64,000 nucleotides of DNA. It comes from Flavobacteriales bacterium. Its GTDB lineage: Bacteria; Bacteroidota; Bacteroidia; Palsa-965. Position numbers and translations under genes: made by a program. The notes below the pieces were generated by a model. The model saw nothing but the letters and a program-made list of their open reading frames with translations, had not been told where the DNA came from and searched no databases. Below are positions 10,381 through 20,960 of the stretch, in pieces. Location of the stretch: positions 160,001 to 224,000 of the forward strand of contig JBEIPA010000001.1 in NCBI GenBank assembly GCA_040377305.1. The letters run 5' to 3'. Positions within the stretch are counted from its first letter, which is position 1. Each line of letters begins with the position of its first letter.

Positions 10381-10932
10381 TTTCCGCCATGAGTAAACAT
10401 TCTTCACCGCTACCCACTTCCCATTCTTCCACTGAAAAAGTGTTGCGCCACCGTTCCCGCACATTGCACCACACTGGAATGCAGTATACACTATTGCAGA
10501 CATTCCGTCTTTCGACATAAGCGGTTTGCTAACCTCGAAGAAACCATGATTCTGTTTTTTGAAATATGCTGTCCATGCTTTCTTCGCTTTCTTGGCGCTC
10601 AGCGCACTGTTGGGCAAAATAGCTGATGCCAGAACAACAGCACCTGCAATTGAATCTTTACTCCACAACGCGTGCTCATTCTTGTTCAGTTGCTGACGCA
10701 TGTATGCCATATCACCTGAAGTGATAAAGTTTCCGCGCACAAGATCATTCAGGAATGAAGAATCACCATCCGCATCACCCGACAAGTAGCACATCACTGA
10801 ATCGCGCAGCAGGAATGTGTCCGGTGCTGTTGCGTTTTGCAGTGCGGTTTTTAGGAGTGTAGTGCGGGATTGGGAGTATCCCTGGATTGCGAAAGCTGCA
10901 ATGATGGTAATGAGAATAGAAATTTTCTTCAT
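10378..10932 (-). CDS. Secreted hypothetical protein with CxxxC motif (CGAMCGNG)
   Basis: 184-aa ORF with signal peptide MKKISILITIIAAFAIQGYSQ; TAATTTTG lies 4 nt upstream of the ATG. Confidence 0.8.
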   Translation of the reverse strand: MKKISILITIIAAFAIQGYSQSRTTLLKTALQNATAPDTFLLRDSVMCYLSGDADGDSSFLNDLVRGNFITSGDMAYMRQQLNKNEHALWSKDSIAGAVVLASAILPNSALSAKKAKKAWTAYFKKQNHGFFEVSKPLMSKDGMSAIVYTAFQCGAMCGNGGATLFQWKNGKWVAVKNVYSWRK

Positions 10933-10935
10933 GCA

Positions 10936-10956
10936 GCAAAATTAGCAATTATCAAG
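10936..10956. repeat. Direct repeat copy 1 (GCAAAATTAGCAATTATCAAG)
   Basis: 18 bp identical and 20/21 bp matching with 12575-12595. Confidence 0.8.
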
Positions 10957-10969
10957 TGTGTTAACCTTT

Positions 10970-12412
10970 TCAGAATCTGCACTTGTACAACTTCAGACTC
11001 AACTGAGTCGAGTTTTCAGGAATTGTTAATGCGTACAGGTAAAAGTATCCGGCATATGCATACTGCAAGTGAAATGTAGAGCCGATATCTGCTCGTCTTT
11101 GCCTTAACATTAACTCTTGGTCCCTACTAACCGGTCTACCGTAGAGCGAAGTCATTCCAGACTTCATGTGGAGTGTGGTGGATAAATTATATTTTTCCAC
11201 AACTCGATTATCCGATAGTAGCTCGTAACAGTACAACCTTTGCCAACTGGAAACGACGAACTGCAATTTGCTTTTTTCATTAGGGTTTATCATAATATAA
11301 TCTGGCAAAGGCTCAGCCCTTACCTCCTTAGGCTTGAATGGAGAAATAATGGTATCAAAAGCGATTCCCTTATCACCAAACCTTTGGATGTGGACCGAAT
11401 GGTCTGTAACCCACCCCAGAGAATCCAATTCATGGAAATAAACAGAATACCGTATGTCTGGTTGGCAGTCAGCACCCGAAACATCAAGAGCACCCGCATA
11501 AAAATTGCTGCCACTTAAGTAAGAGTATCGAAGACCCGAAGGCTGTCCCGGCGTGTTATACTCGAAAAAATTAATTCTCCCGCAACTCAATACATAAGGG
11601 TTCCTGAAAATAAATTTAGGTGGATCGATAATGGCACTCATGGTCACTTTGCCATCTTGAAAAACAGCCACCTTGCTGACATCAGTCGCTAGGTTTCTTT
11701 TGCTCTTCTTCGGAATATAGACCAGGTGAACATAAACATGATCAGAAAGATTACTGGTATGGATGAGATCAACACTACTAAGATAATGGCCATCCACGTC
11801 TTCCAGAACAACGTCCTTTCCAAACACTTTCGCTAAACTCAAATCAAAGACCTTCATGATAGGCCAATAGCTCGAACCTGTAACATCACCTGTGGCGGGA
11901 CTTCTATTTAGATCTCCTTCCCTAAAAGTCAGATACAGAAAATTGTTAGCTACGATAAATCTCAGATTCTGTCGCAACATCCATCGGTCGTAAATTATCC
12001 TAGTAGTGGCAGATTTACGACTAACATCGTATGTAATGAGTGCAGCTTCTCTGGTTTTAGCCATCTGAGGCATAACTAAAAAGTACACGATATTTCCATT
12101 TACGTACTTATATACATCCAACACACGGAATGGTAGATTTACAACAGTGGTAGTTTGTCTGAATGCAGTATCGAAATGGCAAAGCAGAAAATTTTTAGAG
12201 GTAAAGAACATCCCCATTCCAGAAGAACCGGTATTCTGCTCTGCACCATAAAGAATGAACCCACTCTCACCACAGGTCACCATATCAGCTGCGCCATCAA
12301 CACTTCCCCACGCAAACATTGTAGTGTCCCAACTAAGGGAGTCAACGATTTGAGATTTAACATTGACTCCTAGAGTCAACATCAGTACAAGAACAAGGAG
12401 ATATTTTTTCAC
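10970..12412 (-). CDS. Secreted hypothetical protein (orphan, possibly acquired)
   Basis: Long ORF; likely GTG start at 12412 gives signal peptide (M)KKYLLVLVLMLTLGVNVKSQ. No family recognised. By eye it is AT-richer than its neighbours. Confidence 0.7.
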   Translation of the reverse strand: MKKYLLVLVLMLTLGVNVKSQIVDSLSWDTTMFAWGSVDGAADMVTCGESGFILYGAEQNTGSSGMGMFFTSKNFLLCHFDTAFRQTTTVVNLPFRVLDVYKYVNGNIVYFLVMPQMAKTREAALITYDVSRKSATTRIIYDRWMLRQNLRFIVANNFLYLTFREGDLNRSPATGDVTGSSYWPIMKVFDLSLAKVFGKDVVLEDVDGHYLSSVDLIHTSNLSDHVYVHLVYIPKKSKRNLATDVSKVAVFQDGKVTMSAIIDPPKFIFRNPYVLSCGRINFFEYNTPGQPSGLRYSYLSGSNFYAGALDVSGADCQPDIRYSVYFHELDSLGWVTDHSVHIQRFGDKGIAFDTIISPFKPKEVRAEPLPDYIMINPNEKSKLQFVVSSWQRLYCYELLSDNRVVEKYNLSTTLHMKSGMTSLYGRPVSRDQELMLRQRRADIGSTFHLQYAYAGYFYLYALTIPENSTQLSLKLYKCRF

Positions 12413-12574
12413 TGTAAGCAAGTTAGTAAGGCTACATATTCCTTCTATACTGCCCACCAACTTCAAACATCGGTTCCATAATCAGTGCAAGCGAACAATA
12501 CTTCACCGCTTGAATTAACTTACCAATACCATTCTGGACAATACAGCGAGAAACAAAGCGAATTTCCTTTTGAT

Positions 12575-12595
12575 GCTAAATTAGCAATTATCAAG
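12575..12595. repeat. Direct repeat copy 2 (GCTAAATTAGCAATTATCAAG), overlapping the transposase stop codon
   Basis: Matches 10936-10956 and contains the TGA of the RAYT gene (12591-12593). Confidence 0.8.
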
Positions 12596-13061
12596 CCGCT
12601 TTGCGCTGATCTGCCGTCCACAGATGTGGCCATAATTCGGATGATTTGCAGAAGCCATGTTCAACCGGATTCTGGCGAATGTAATTTAATACACGCGACA
12701 CATCTTGTTCCCCTGCCAGATGAATGCGGCAAACTGAACTCTGAAACAATCTGCCCTTTCGGAAATGCCGTTTGTTAATTGCTTTGGCGTAACCGTTTTG
12801 AAAATTGCTGAATGCCTGAAGTATTGTGTTGTGTACTTCAACTTCATCAGATGAAAACTTCTTGATCCGGATGAGTAAGTGATAGTGATTGGGCATCAAA
12901 CAATACGCTTTGAACTCAACGAATTGGCTGAGGTGCTCTTTCATTCGTTTTGTGAAGTAGAAATAATTGTCGCGGTCTTTAAAGAGAAGCTCTTGGGAAA
13001 TCGCGTGATTGAATACATGGTAGTGCCTTCCCGGAAGGAAGATGGTTTTGTAAATGTTCAT
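12591..13061 (-). mobile_element. REP-associated tyrosine transposase (RAYT, IS200/IS605-type Y1 HUH)
   Basis: YHVFNH N-terminal motif, AYCLMPNHYHLL (HUH), GRLFQ, catalytic YIRQNPV; REP-like palindromes ~120 bp upstream. Confidence 0.85.
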
Positions 13062-13164
13062 GCATATAAAGGTTAAAGTGAAAAATATGGGGCGAAGGTA
13101 AAATGGGTTTTCGAAAGTTGGGCGGAAAACTAATTTTTTTTAGTTAAAATGAATTTAGGATATC

Positions 13165-13269
13165 ATGCGCGCACACACGCACAAACCTTAAAGGTTTTAA
13201 AAACCTTTAAGGTTTGACAGACCTTGAAGGTTTATTTGAAACCTTCAAGGTCTGCGTGCTTGCGCGTGT
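13165..13269. repeat. REP doublet cluster (two hairpins of AAACCT-N3-AGGTTT units inside outer imperfect arms)
   Basis: CAAACCTTAAAGGTTTT-A-AAAACCTTTAAGGTTTG (13182-13216) and CAGACCTTGAAGGTTT-ATTTG-AAACCTTCAAGGTCTG (13218-13254); outer arms GCGCGCACACACGCA / TGCGTGCTTGCGCGT. Confidence 0.8.
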
Positions 13270-13277
13270 ACTAAAAC

Positions 13278-16200
13278 TTACATGTTACGACGATACTGCC
13301 CGCCAACTTCGAAAAGCGCTTCCGTGATCTGCCCCAACGAGCAATACTTCACCGCCTCCATCAATTCATTAAATCCGTTCTGGTTGTGAATCGCAGCTTG
13401 TTGTAGTCTGACGAGTGCAGCAGGTCCCCGATCTATGTTCGATGTGTAAAGATTCTTCAGCATCTCTATCTGGTAATCTTTCTCTTCCTCAGTAGCGCGT
13501 ATAACTTCTTTCGGACGAACAGTCGGAGATCCTTTCGATGACAAGAATGTATTCACACCAATCAAAGGATATTCGCCAGTGTGCTTCAGTGTTTCGTAGT
13601 ACAAGGATTCTTCCTGAATCTTTCCACGCTGATACATTGTTTCCATAGCACCAAGCACACCGCCCCGTTCGCTGATCTTGTCGAACTCAGAAAGAACTGC
13701 TTCTTCCACGAGATCCGTCAACTCTTCAATAACAAATGAACCCTGCAGCGGATTTTCATTCTTCGCCAAACCTAATTCGCGGTTGATGATCAACTGAATC
13801 GCCATTGCGCGACGAACACTTTCCTCCGTAGGAGTTGTGATCGCTTCGTCGTAGGCATTCGTGTGAAGTGAATTGCAATTATCGTAAATCGCATACAATG
13901 CCTGAAGCGTGGTGCGGATATCGTTGAAATCAATTTCCTGTGCGTGAAGTGAACGACCCGAAGTCTGAATGTGATACTTCAACATCTGTGAACGTTCGTT
14001 GCCGTTGTATTTGAATTTCATCGCCTTCGCCCAAATCTTTCGAGCAACACGTCCGAGTACAGAATACTCCGGATCCATTCCGTTCGAGAAGAAGAATGAA
14101 AGGTTTGGTGCGAAATCATCGATGTTCATTCCGCGAGACAGGTAGTATTCAACGAAAGTAAATCCATTCGACAGTGTCAATGCCAACTGTGTTATCGGAT
14201 TCGCTCCGGCTTCAGCAATGTGATAACCTGAAATCGATACCGAATAAAAGTTGCGGACCTTCTTGTCGATAAAATACTGCTGAACATCGCCCATCAACCG
14301 CAGCGAAAACTCTGTTGAAAAAATACACGTGTTCTGCGCCTGATCTTCCTTGAGAATATCCGCCTGAACAGTTCCGCGCACTTGCGAAAGTGTGTACGTT
14401 TTGATTTTCTCGTAAACATCTTTCGGAAGAACCTGATCACCGGTGATACCAAGAAGCATCAAACCGAGTCCGTCATTTCCTTCAGGCAATTCGCCCTGAT
14501 ATTTCGGACGCTTAGTTCCTTTTGCCTCCCACAACTCGTGGAGCTTCTTCTCTACTTCACCTTCAAGTTTATTTTCTTTGATGTACTTCTCGCATTGCTG
14601 ATCGATCGCAGCATTCATGAAAAACGCAGCAATAGTTGGAGCCGGACCGTTGATCGTCATCGACACCGATGTTTTCGGATCAGCAAGATCGAATCCGGAA
14701 TACAATTTCTTTGCATCATCCAGACAGCAAATAGAAACTCCGGAGTTGCCGATCTTTCCATAGATGTCAGGACGAATTTCCGGATCGCGGCCGTAAAGTG
14801 TCACCGAATCGAATGCCGTTGACAATCGTTTCGCCGGCATGCCCAGTGACACGTAGTGAAAACGCTTGTTCGTGCGCTCAGGTCCGCCTTCTCCAGCGAA
14901 CATGCGTGTTGGATCTTCTCCTTCGCGTTTGAACGGATAAATTCCGGCAGCATAAGGAAATTCTCCCGGAAGATTTTCCTGTCCCAACCACTTGAGCAAA
15001 TCGCCCCACGCTTCGTACTTCGGTGTAGAAACCTTCGGTACCATTACGTGTGAAAGTGATTCGTAATGCGTTTTGATTTTCAATTCCTTGTCGCGGACTT
15101 TGAAAATATAGAACTCGTCTTTGTACTGTTGCGCTTTCGCAGGGAAGTCTTCAATCATACGCATGTTGCGCTGATCCATATCCAAACGCAGGCGATCGTA
15201 AGTTGCCTCCAGTTCCGTGATTACAGACTCATTGAGTTTTGTCTTCGAAGCTTTCAACGTATCAATCGAAGTACGCAATGCATAGAGCTTTTGTGCAATA
15301 GCTGCCTGCTCTCTCACACGCTTATCATAGCTGCGATTGTTCTCCGTAATTTCTGAGAGATAACGCGTACGTGCCGGTGGAATGATGTAAATCTTTTCCG
15401 ACATCTCCTTCGAAATAGTGAAGGATGACTTCAGATCAACTCCGGTTTTCTTTTTCAACGTCTCAATGACTTTGAGATACAGCTGATTCATTCCAGGATC
15501 GTTGAACTGAGAAGCAATTGTTCCCATCACCGGCAAATCATCATCCGCGGTTTCCCAGAGCTGGTGATTGCGTTTGTATTGTTTGCGAACATCACGCAAT
15601 GCATCGAGTGCACCACGCTTGTCGAATTTGTTCAATGCAATTACATCAGCGAAATCAAGCATGTCGATTTTCTCGAGCTGTGTTGCCGCTCCGTATTCGG
15701 GAGTCATCACATACAAACTCATGCTGCTGTGTTCAATAATTTCCGTGTCGCTTTGACCTATCCCGGATGTTTCGAGAATGATCAGATCGAAATCTGCTGC
15801 TTTCAGAATATCAACAGCTTCCTGCACATGTTTCGACAGTGCGAGATTACTCTGACGAGTTGCGAGCGAACGCATGTACACACGAGAGTTGTTGATCGCG
15901 TTCATTCGGATCCGATCACCAAGCAACGCTCCTCCGGTCTTACGCTTCGAAGGATCAACGGAAATAATTCCGATGGTTTTGTCTTCGAAGTCAATGATGA
16001 ATCGACGCACGAGTTCATCTACCAATGAAGATTTTCCGGCTCCACCTGTTCCGGTAATGCCAAGTACAGGCGTTTTCGATTTCTTCGCCAGGGCTTTGAT
16101 CTCGGTGATCTCAGCTCCGTGTTTGTCACCGAAATTTTCTGCTGCAGAAATCAAGCGACCAATTCCTTTGTGATCGCGACTGTCAATATGCTTTACTTCA

Positions 16201-16658
16201 CCATTAAGCTGAAACCCGGTTGCATAATCGCACTTCTCGAGAAGATCGTTAATCATTCCCTGCAATCCCATCGAGCGACCATCATCGGGGTGATAAATTC
16301 TTGTGATACCGTATTCTTGCAGCTCTGCGATTTCTTCCGGTAGAATTGTTCCGCCCCCACCACCAAATATTTTGATGTGTTCACAACCACGCTCCTTCAG
16401 CAAGTCGTACATGTACTTGAAAAATTCCATGTGCCCACCCTGATACGAAGTGATTGCAATTGCATTCGCATCTTCCTGCACAGCGCAATTCACAATCTCA
16501 GCAACACTTCTGTCGTGTCCAAGATGAATTACTTCTGCCCCACTCGCCTGAATGATTCGGCGCATGATGTTGATAGCTGCGTCGTGACCATCAAACAGTG
16601 ATGCTGCGGTTACAATGCGGATTTTATTCTTCGGCTGATATGTTTGTACTTCCTGCAT
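13278..16658 (-). CDS. icmF: Fused isobutyryl-CoA mutase (B12-binding + MeaB GTPase + mutase barrel)
   Basis: N-terminal FDGHDAA B12 motif, [10 protein letters not shown]-loop, [40 protein letters not shown]. Confidence 0.93.
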   Translation of the reverse strand: MQEVQTYQPKNKIRIVTAASLFDGHDAAINIMRRIIQASGAEVIHLGHDRSVAEIVNCAVQEDANAIAITSYQGGHMEFFKYMYDLLKERGCEHIKIFGGGGGTILPEEIAELQEYGITRIYHPDDGRSMGLQGMINDLLEKCDYATGFQLNGEVKHIDSRDHKGIGRLISAAENFGDKHGAEITEIKALAKKSKTPVLGITGTGGAGKSSLVDELVRRFIIDFEDKTIGIISVDPSKRKTGGALLGDRIRMNAINNSRVYMRSLATRQSNLALSKHVQEAVDILKAADFDLIILETSGIGQSDTEIIEHSSMSLYVMTPEYGAATQLEKIDMLDFADVIALNKFDKRGALDALRDVRKQYKRNHQLWETADDDLPVMGTIASQFNDPGMNQLYLKVIETLKKKTGVDLKSSFTISKEMSEKIYIIPPARTRYLSEITENNRSYDKRVREQAAIAQKLYALRTSIDTLKASKTKLNESVITELEATYDRLRLDMDQRNMRMIEDFPAKAQQYKDEFYIFKVRDKELKIKTHYESLSHVMVPKVSTPKYEAWGDLLKWLGQENLPGEFPYAAGIYPFKREGEDPTRMFAGEGGPERTNKRFHYVSLGMPAKRLSTAFDSVTLYGRDPEIRPDIYGKIGNSGVSICCLDDAKKLYSGFDLADPKTSVSMTINGPAPTIAAFFMNAAIDQQCEKYIKENKLEGEVEKKLHELWEAKGTKRPKYQGELPEGNDGLGLMLLGITGDQVLPKDVYEKIKTYTLSQVRGTVQADILKEDQAQNTCIFSTEFSLRLMGDVQQYFIDKKVRNFYSVSISGYHIAEAGANPITQLALTLSNGFTFVEYYLSRGMNIDDFAPNLSFFFSNGMDPEYSVLGRVARKIWAKAMKFKYNGNERSQMLKYHIQTSGRSLHAQEIDFNDIRTTLQALYAIYDNCNSLHTNAYDEAITTPTEESVRRAMAIQLIINRELGLAKNENPLQGSFVIEELTDLVEEAVLSEFDKISERGGVLGAMETMYQRGKIQEESLYYETLKHTGEYPLIGVNTFLSSKGSPTVRPKEVIRATEEEKDYQIEMLKNLYTSNIDRGPAALVRLQQAAIHNQNGFNELMEAVKYCSLGQITEALFEVGGQYRRNM

Positions 16659-16690
16659 AAAACGATTGAAGATGAGTGGGTCTGCTCAAC

Positions 16691-16699
16691 GCAAAGATA
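16691..16699 (-). promoter_or_regulatory. Bacteroidota -7 promoter element upstream of icmF
   Basis: TATCTTTG(C) on the minus strand ~33 nt upstream of the ATG; matches TAnnTTTG. Confidence 0.55.
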
Positions 16700-16758
16700 A
16701 GGGCAGAGGTCGCTTTTTACAACCGGATATACAGGCTTTTTCCCTCTGAAAATCAGGG

Positions 16759-17802
16759 TTATGTGCCGTATTTTGCAACCATGTTTTGAACGAACAATTT
16801 CAGGTCGCTCTTACAGCGTGAAAAGTCTGATGAAAAGTCATTCTGTTTTGCCTGATACCGGGTGTATTGCAGGAACATTGTATTACCCGATTTTGACATT
16901 CTACGAAGAAGTCGGTCCGGAAAATCATTGTCACCTTCCAGTTTTAAATCACGTGCACGATCCCAGAAAAGTAAAAATGTTTTCTTCTTGATGATCAGCT
17001 TCTCCTGCTCCGATAAAGTTGGCTCTAGCGATTTGTAAACTGTATCCAGAAACTTCGCCTGCTGCAACATGAACTGCGTCTTCTTATCGTCTTCTTCCAT
17101 CGAAGTCAAATACGCCTGAAGCTCCATCGAATTCTCACCATACTTCGAACGTAAAAACCATTTGGCACCTTCGACACCAACAAACTGTGCTAAATTTTCA
17201 TTGTACTCGACACTATCCGTGACAAACAATGTTCCGTGAGTCAATTCGTGAATGATCAGCTCTGCAAGATCGGCCTCGCTCCTATTCAACATCGAAGACA
17301 AAACAGGATCTTTAAACCAACCGAGCGTTGACCAACCCGAAGCACCACCGATATCAGCATCTAAGCCTAACATTTTCAGTCGGAAATATTCCTCTTTCGC
17401 CTTGGCTGCATCGAAGAAACCTTTGTACGGAACTTCACCTACTACCGGAAAACTCCACGTATATGGTTTCAGCTGGAATTTCTCTGCGCCTGTAACAACA
17501 TACATCAAGCGCTGATCTTTTTGATCATAAAATGCTGTGTAGTTATCGGAGTGTTTCAACCCAATTGAATCGTAAGCGAACAGTTTGATTTCCTCAATGA
17601 GATGTAGCTTTGCCTTCACACTGTCGCTTACTTCCGGATCTGCAAACACCTCTTCAAAATCTCGGGCACCCCAAACGATGGAGAGTTGACCTTTACCCAT
17701 GCGGAGTCCGTACGTTACCAGATCTGCGCTAAATAGGCAGAAGAGAAATGCCGGCAGCAGAATGAAATCGGAAAGGAAAATTCGCAGGTAACGGAATCGC
17801 AT
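16759..17802 (-). CDS. Predicted zinc aminopeptidase (DUF2265-like)
   Basis: WSFPVVGEVPYKGFF, WSTLGWFKDP, IIHELTH (HExxH), NENLA. Confidence 0.85.
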   Translation of the reverse strand: MRFRYLRIFLSDFILLPAFLFCLFSADLVTYGLRMGKGQLSIVWGARDFEEVFADPEVSDSVKAKLHLIEEIKLFAYDSIGLKHSDNYTAFYDQKDQRLMYVVTGAEKFQLKPYTWSFPVVGEVPYKGFFDAAKAKEEYFRLKMLGLDADIGGASGWSTLGWFKDPVLSSMLNRSEADLAELIIHELTHGTLFVTDSVEYNENLAQFVGVEGAKWFLRSKYGENSMELQAYLTSMEEDDKKTQFMLQQAKFLDTVYKSLEPTLSEQEKLIIKKKTFLLFWDRARDLKLEGDNDFPDRLLRRMSKSGNTMFLQYTRYQAKQNDFSSDFSRCKSDLKLFVQNMVAKYGT

Positions 17803-17806
17803 CAAG

Positions 17807-17942
17807 AATGTGCTAATGTGTTAGATTGGAAATGTGCTAAAAGAGTATTCATTGAGTTGTGTCAAATTACCCATTTTCTAACCCTGAACAGCACTTTGCC
17901 GCGTCGTTTTAGCATATTAACACATTAGCAAATTAGCACATT
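17807..17942. repeat. Inverted pair of 8-bp tandem arrays (AATGTGCT-type, four periods each), no gene between
   Basis: aatgtgct-aatgtgtt-agattgga-aatgtgct (17807-17838) versus agcatatt-aacacatt-agcaaatt-agcacatt (17911-17942). Confidence 0.75.
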
Positions 17943-17959
17943 GACGCGTAGATTTGGGC

Positions 17960-18721
17960 GTGTTCTTCTACCTCTCCAAAATCCTCAGTTTCCTTACCAT
18001 GCCCTTCACATGGGTGATGATTTTGTTCTTGTGGTCGTGGATGACAAAGATACCCGTTCGTAAAAAGCGTCTGTTCATTGCCGGAATGGTTGTGCTGTTG
18101 TTGTTCTCCAACCGTTTCCTTCACAATCAGGTGATGATGGCATGGGAAATAGAAGCAGTTGCAGAACCTGCCCCAAAAACTTACGATGCAGTTATCGTGC
18201 TCGGTGGATTCAGTACGTACAATGAAGAATTCGATCGGATTAATTTTTCAAATAGCTCTGATCGTTTCATGCAGGGATTGCAACTGGTAAAAAAAGGAGT
18301 TGCCCCGTTCATGATTATGACGGGAGGAAGCGGCAGCCTAACGTTCTCCGATCACAAAGAAGGCGATCGCGTTAAAACGTATTTGCAGAGAATCGGTTTT
18401 CCGGATTCGCTTTACGTTGTAGAAAGCGAGTCGAAAAATACCTACGAGAATGCTGTGAACACGGCAAAGATTCTCAAGGAGAAATATCCAAACGGTAAAT
18501 TTCTGCTTGTGACTTCCGGATATCACATGCGCCGGTCGATTGGCTGTTTCGCGAAGCAAGGACTGAGCTGCGATCCGTATAGTACAGATATGCACGGTGG
18601 GCCCGGAAGATTCAGCCTCGATTACTATCTCCTTCCTGATGTTCAGATTCTTGGAGAGTGGAACCTATTGTTCCACGAATGGATTGGGTGCATGTCGTAT
18701 TCGATAAGTGGTTATTTGTAA
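17960..18721 (+). CDS. YdcF/ElyC family protein (DUF218)
   Basis: N-terminal TMs, IVLGGF, TGGSG, ESESKNTYENA, LVTSGYHMRRS, HEWIG. GTG start at 17960 lies 3 nt after TAGATTTG. Confidence 0.88.
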   Translation: MFFYLSKILSFLTMPFTWVMILFLWSWMTKIPVRKKRLFIAGMVVLLLFSNRFLHNQVMMAWEIEAVAEPAPKTYDAVIVLGGFSTYNEEFDRINFSNSSDRFMQGLQLVKKGVAPFMIMTGGSGSLTFSDHKEGDRVKTYLQRIGFPDSLYVVESESKNTYENAVNTAKILKEKYPNGKFLLVTSGYHMRRSIGCFAKQGLSCDPYSTDMHGGPGRFSLDYYLLPDVQILGEWNLLFHEWIGCMSYSISGYL

Positions 18722-18797
18722 CCGCGATTATCATTTTTCGCTTGGGTGAATAAAATATTTTTCTATTTTCACTGGCGCAAACCTTGAAAACCATTTT

Positions 18798-19193
18798 GTG
18801 AGCTTTCCCGATCACGAGAAGATCGTTATTCCTAATTGTGTTGAGATTTCCATTCGCGACGGAATCGTCTATGTTGTTTACGACGATGGCGCCGAAGTTG
18901 GTCGTGAACTGAAAAAAGATATGCACGCTGCTTTCCTGAAAATTACGGGTGGCAGGAAAATGCCGTTTCTATTCACGAACAAGGGTGCATACTGGATTGC
19001 GAAAGATGCACGTGAATTCGCAAGGAAAATTGAGCCCAAACAACCCTTCAAAGCTGTTGCCTATTGGGCACCTACCCTGGGAATAAGACTCATGGCGGAT
19101 TTCTATGGCAAGTTTTACAAGCCGGAAATTCCTTACAAAGTTTTTTCTACAGAGTCCGCTTCTTTAGAATGGCTTAAGCAGTATGCGGGCTAA
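18798..19193 (+). CDS. Small cytoplasmic protein, STAS/SEC14-like Bacteroidota family
   Basis: 131 aa; pattern DGIVYVVY..DAREF..KAVA..ADFY.KF.KP.IP.KVF.TE..LEWL. Confidence 0.6.
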   Translation: MSFPDHEKIVIPNCVEISIRDGIVYVVYDDGAEVGRELKKDMHAAFLKITGGRKMPFLFTNKGAYWIAKDAREFARKIEPKQPFKAVAYWAPTLGIRLMADFYGKFYKPEIPYKVFSTESASLEWLKQYAG

Positions 19194-20932
19194 TTATTCG
19201 GTGATGAAGTCGGTACGGGTCGGTACTTCTTTTTCAACTTTTTGTTTTGAGTATACTTGATGAGCAAATTGTCAGCTACATCGGCACCGTATCCGTTTTT
19301 TAGATCATAGGTCATTATGGCCAATGTCGGATAAATGGTATCCCAGGCAGAAGGACCAACCTTGATAGCAACTCCTGCTTTGAAAGTGCTATTGGTGTAA
19401 TCACTATTCCACTTGTAGTATAACGTTATTCCATCCTGGTAATACTCCATCTCCGGAACAAAACGATTGTACAAATACTGATCGAAAAACCATTGGTAGT
19501 CTTTGCCGGTTTTTTCATTCACAAGTGCAATGAAATCGTTCGAGGTTACATTCTTGTGCATAAACCGCGTTGCGAACGTCTTGATAATGTCGAAGAAGAT
19601 GCTGTCCTCATTAATTTGTTCTCGCAAGGTGTGCAACGTCCATGCACCTTTGGTGTAAATGTCTCCGTCTTTGTAGTTGAAGTAACGCATCCCATCGGGG
19701 CCAACCATGTTCCTTCGATTGATAATGGTCAAACGATAGACGCGCAAGTAGTTCTCATAAGCTTCATGGCCATGTGTTTTCTCAACGTACAAACACTCTG
19801 CATAAGTTGCAAAGCCTTCGTGCAACCAACCTTCCGCAAGATCTTCTGCAGTCAATGAATTTCCCCACCATTCATGCGCTGTTTCATGCAAGATGATGTA
19901 ATCGAATCCGAGGTAATTATTTTTGAATTTGTTGCCATACGCGATTGCTGTCTGGTGCTCCATTCCCGCAAAAGGAGATTGTACGAGTTTGAATCCATCA
20001 TCGTAAAAGGGGTAAGGTCCAAACACCTCTTCGTAAAACGCAAGCTGATCCTTCAACTGTGTGAAATGCTCTTTCGCTTTGTCGTAATCCTGTTCAAGCA
20101 CATAATGATTCAATGCGAGAGTATCACCCGTGACTTTGCTCGTGTAGGTATCGTGAAGAAGTTTGTACTTACCGATGTAGAAGGTGATGTTGTATAGGTT
20201 GATGGGATAGGTGACTTTCCACTTCCAATACTCGTCGCCACCTTCATACTTTTCATGATATTCCAGTTGCCCGTTGCTGACAGCAGTCAGTCCTGATGGT
20301 ACACGAATACCAATTGTTGCACTAAGCGGCTCATCATTCACAACATCCTTACATGGCCACCACATACTTGCACCTTCACTCTGACACGCAACTCCCCACA
20401 ATGCATTATCAGTATCGTCTTTCTTACGAACAAATCCACCTCTCCATGGAGCGCGTTTCGCCGTTGGGGGGATGCCTTTGTAGTCAACTACAATTATGAA
20501 TTCAAGTGATTGAACAGCTGGTTTAGGCAGAATCACAAAAACTGCATCAGCGATTCGGAAGTAAGTTGCGTCAACCGTCGATTCGTTCTTACGACTCCCA
20601 TTAGTAATCTGGCCAAGCTTCAAAATCTCCATGTTTGCGTGCAGGTCAATCTGAATCGTGTCACAATCCTCCAACGCAATCGCGGTTATTACAGTCGTAC
20701 CAGTTATGGGAGAATCATCTTCCATTTTAGCAAAAGTGAAATGTAGGTTGTAGTCGATTACATCATAGCACGTTCTAAATCGCGATTCCTGATTACCCAA
20801 CAAATTCAACGCCTCTGTCTTCTCCGGATATTTTCCCGCCCGATTTGGATTGTGCAGTTTGAAGTGCACACCAACAATGCTACAGGCTGAAATAAAAACG
20901 ATGATGAAAAGGAATACAGCGGCTTTTTTCAT
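19190..20932 (-). CDS. M1 family metallo-aminopeptidase, lipoprotein
   Basis: GMEHQT, HETAHEWWGN, WLHEGFATY, IYTKGAW; lipobox FISAC after ATG 20932. Confidence 0.9.
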   Translation of the reverse strand: MKKAAVFLFIIVFISACSIVGVHFKLHNPNRAGKYPEKTEALNLLGNQESRFRTCYDVIDYNLHFTFAKMEDDSPITGTTVITAIALEDCDTIQIDLHANMEILKLGQITNGSRKNESTVDATYFRIADAVFVILPKPAVQSLEFIIVVDYKGIPPTAKRAPWRGGFVRKKDDTDNALWGVACQSEGASMWWPCKDVVNDEPLSATIGIRVPSGLTAVSNGQLEYHEKYEGGDEYWKWKVTYPINLYNITFYIGKYKLLHDTYTSKVTGDTLALNHYVLEQDYDKAKEHFTQLKDQLAFYEEVFGPYPFYDDGFKLVQSPFAGMEHQTAIAYGNKFKNNYLGFDYIILHETAHEWWGNSLTAEDLAEGWLHEGFATYAECLYVEKTHGHEAYENYLRVYRLTIINRRNMVGPDGMRYFNYKDGDIYTKGAWTLHTLREQINEDSIFFDIIKTFATRFMHKNVTSNDFIALVNEKTGKDYQWFFDQYLYNRFVPEMEYYQDGITLYYKWNSDYTNSTFKAGVAIKVGPSAWDTIYPTLAIMTYDLKNGYGADVADNLLIKYTQNKKLKKKYRPVPTSSPNN

Positions 20933-20960
20933 TGTGATAAAAGTAACGAAACTCGCAGTC

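Noticed and set aside
10936-12595. Integron cassette
   Set aside because: No IntI and no recognisable attC (RYYYAAC..GTTRRRY with inner boxes) at the gene end; the boundaries are direct repeats.
16659-16758. Cobalamin riboswitch upstream of icmF or the BtuF-like gene
   Set aside because: The intergenic spaces are too short and lack the B12-box pattern; the BtuF-like gene starts 2 nt after the previous stop.
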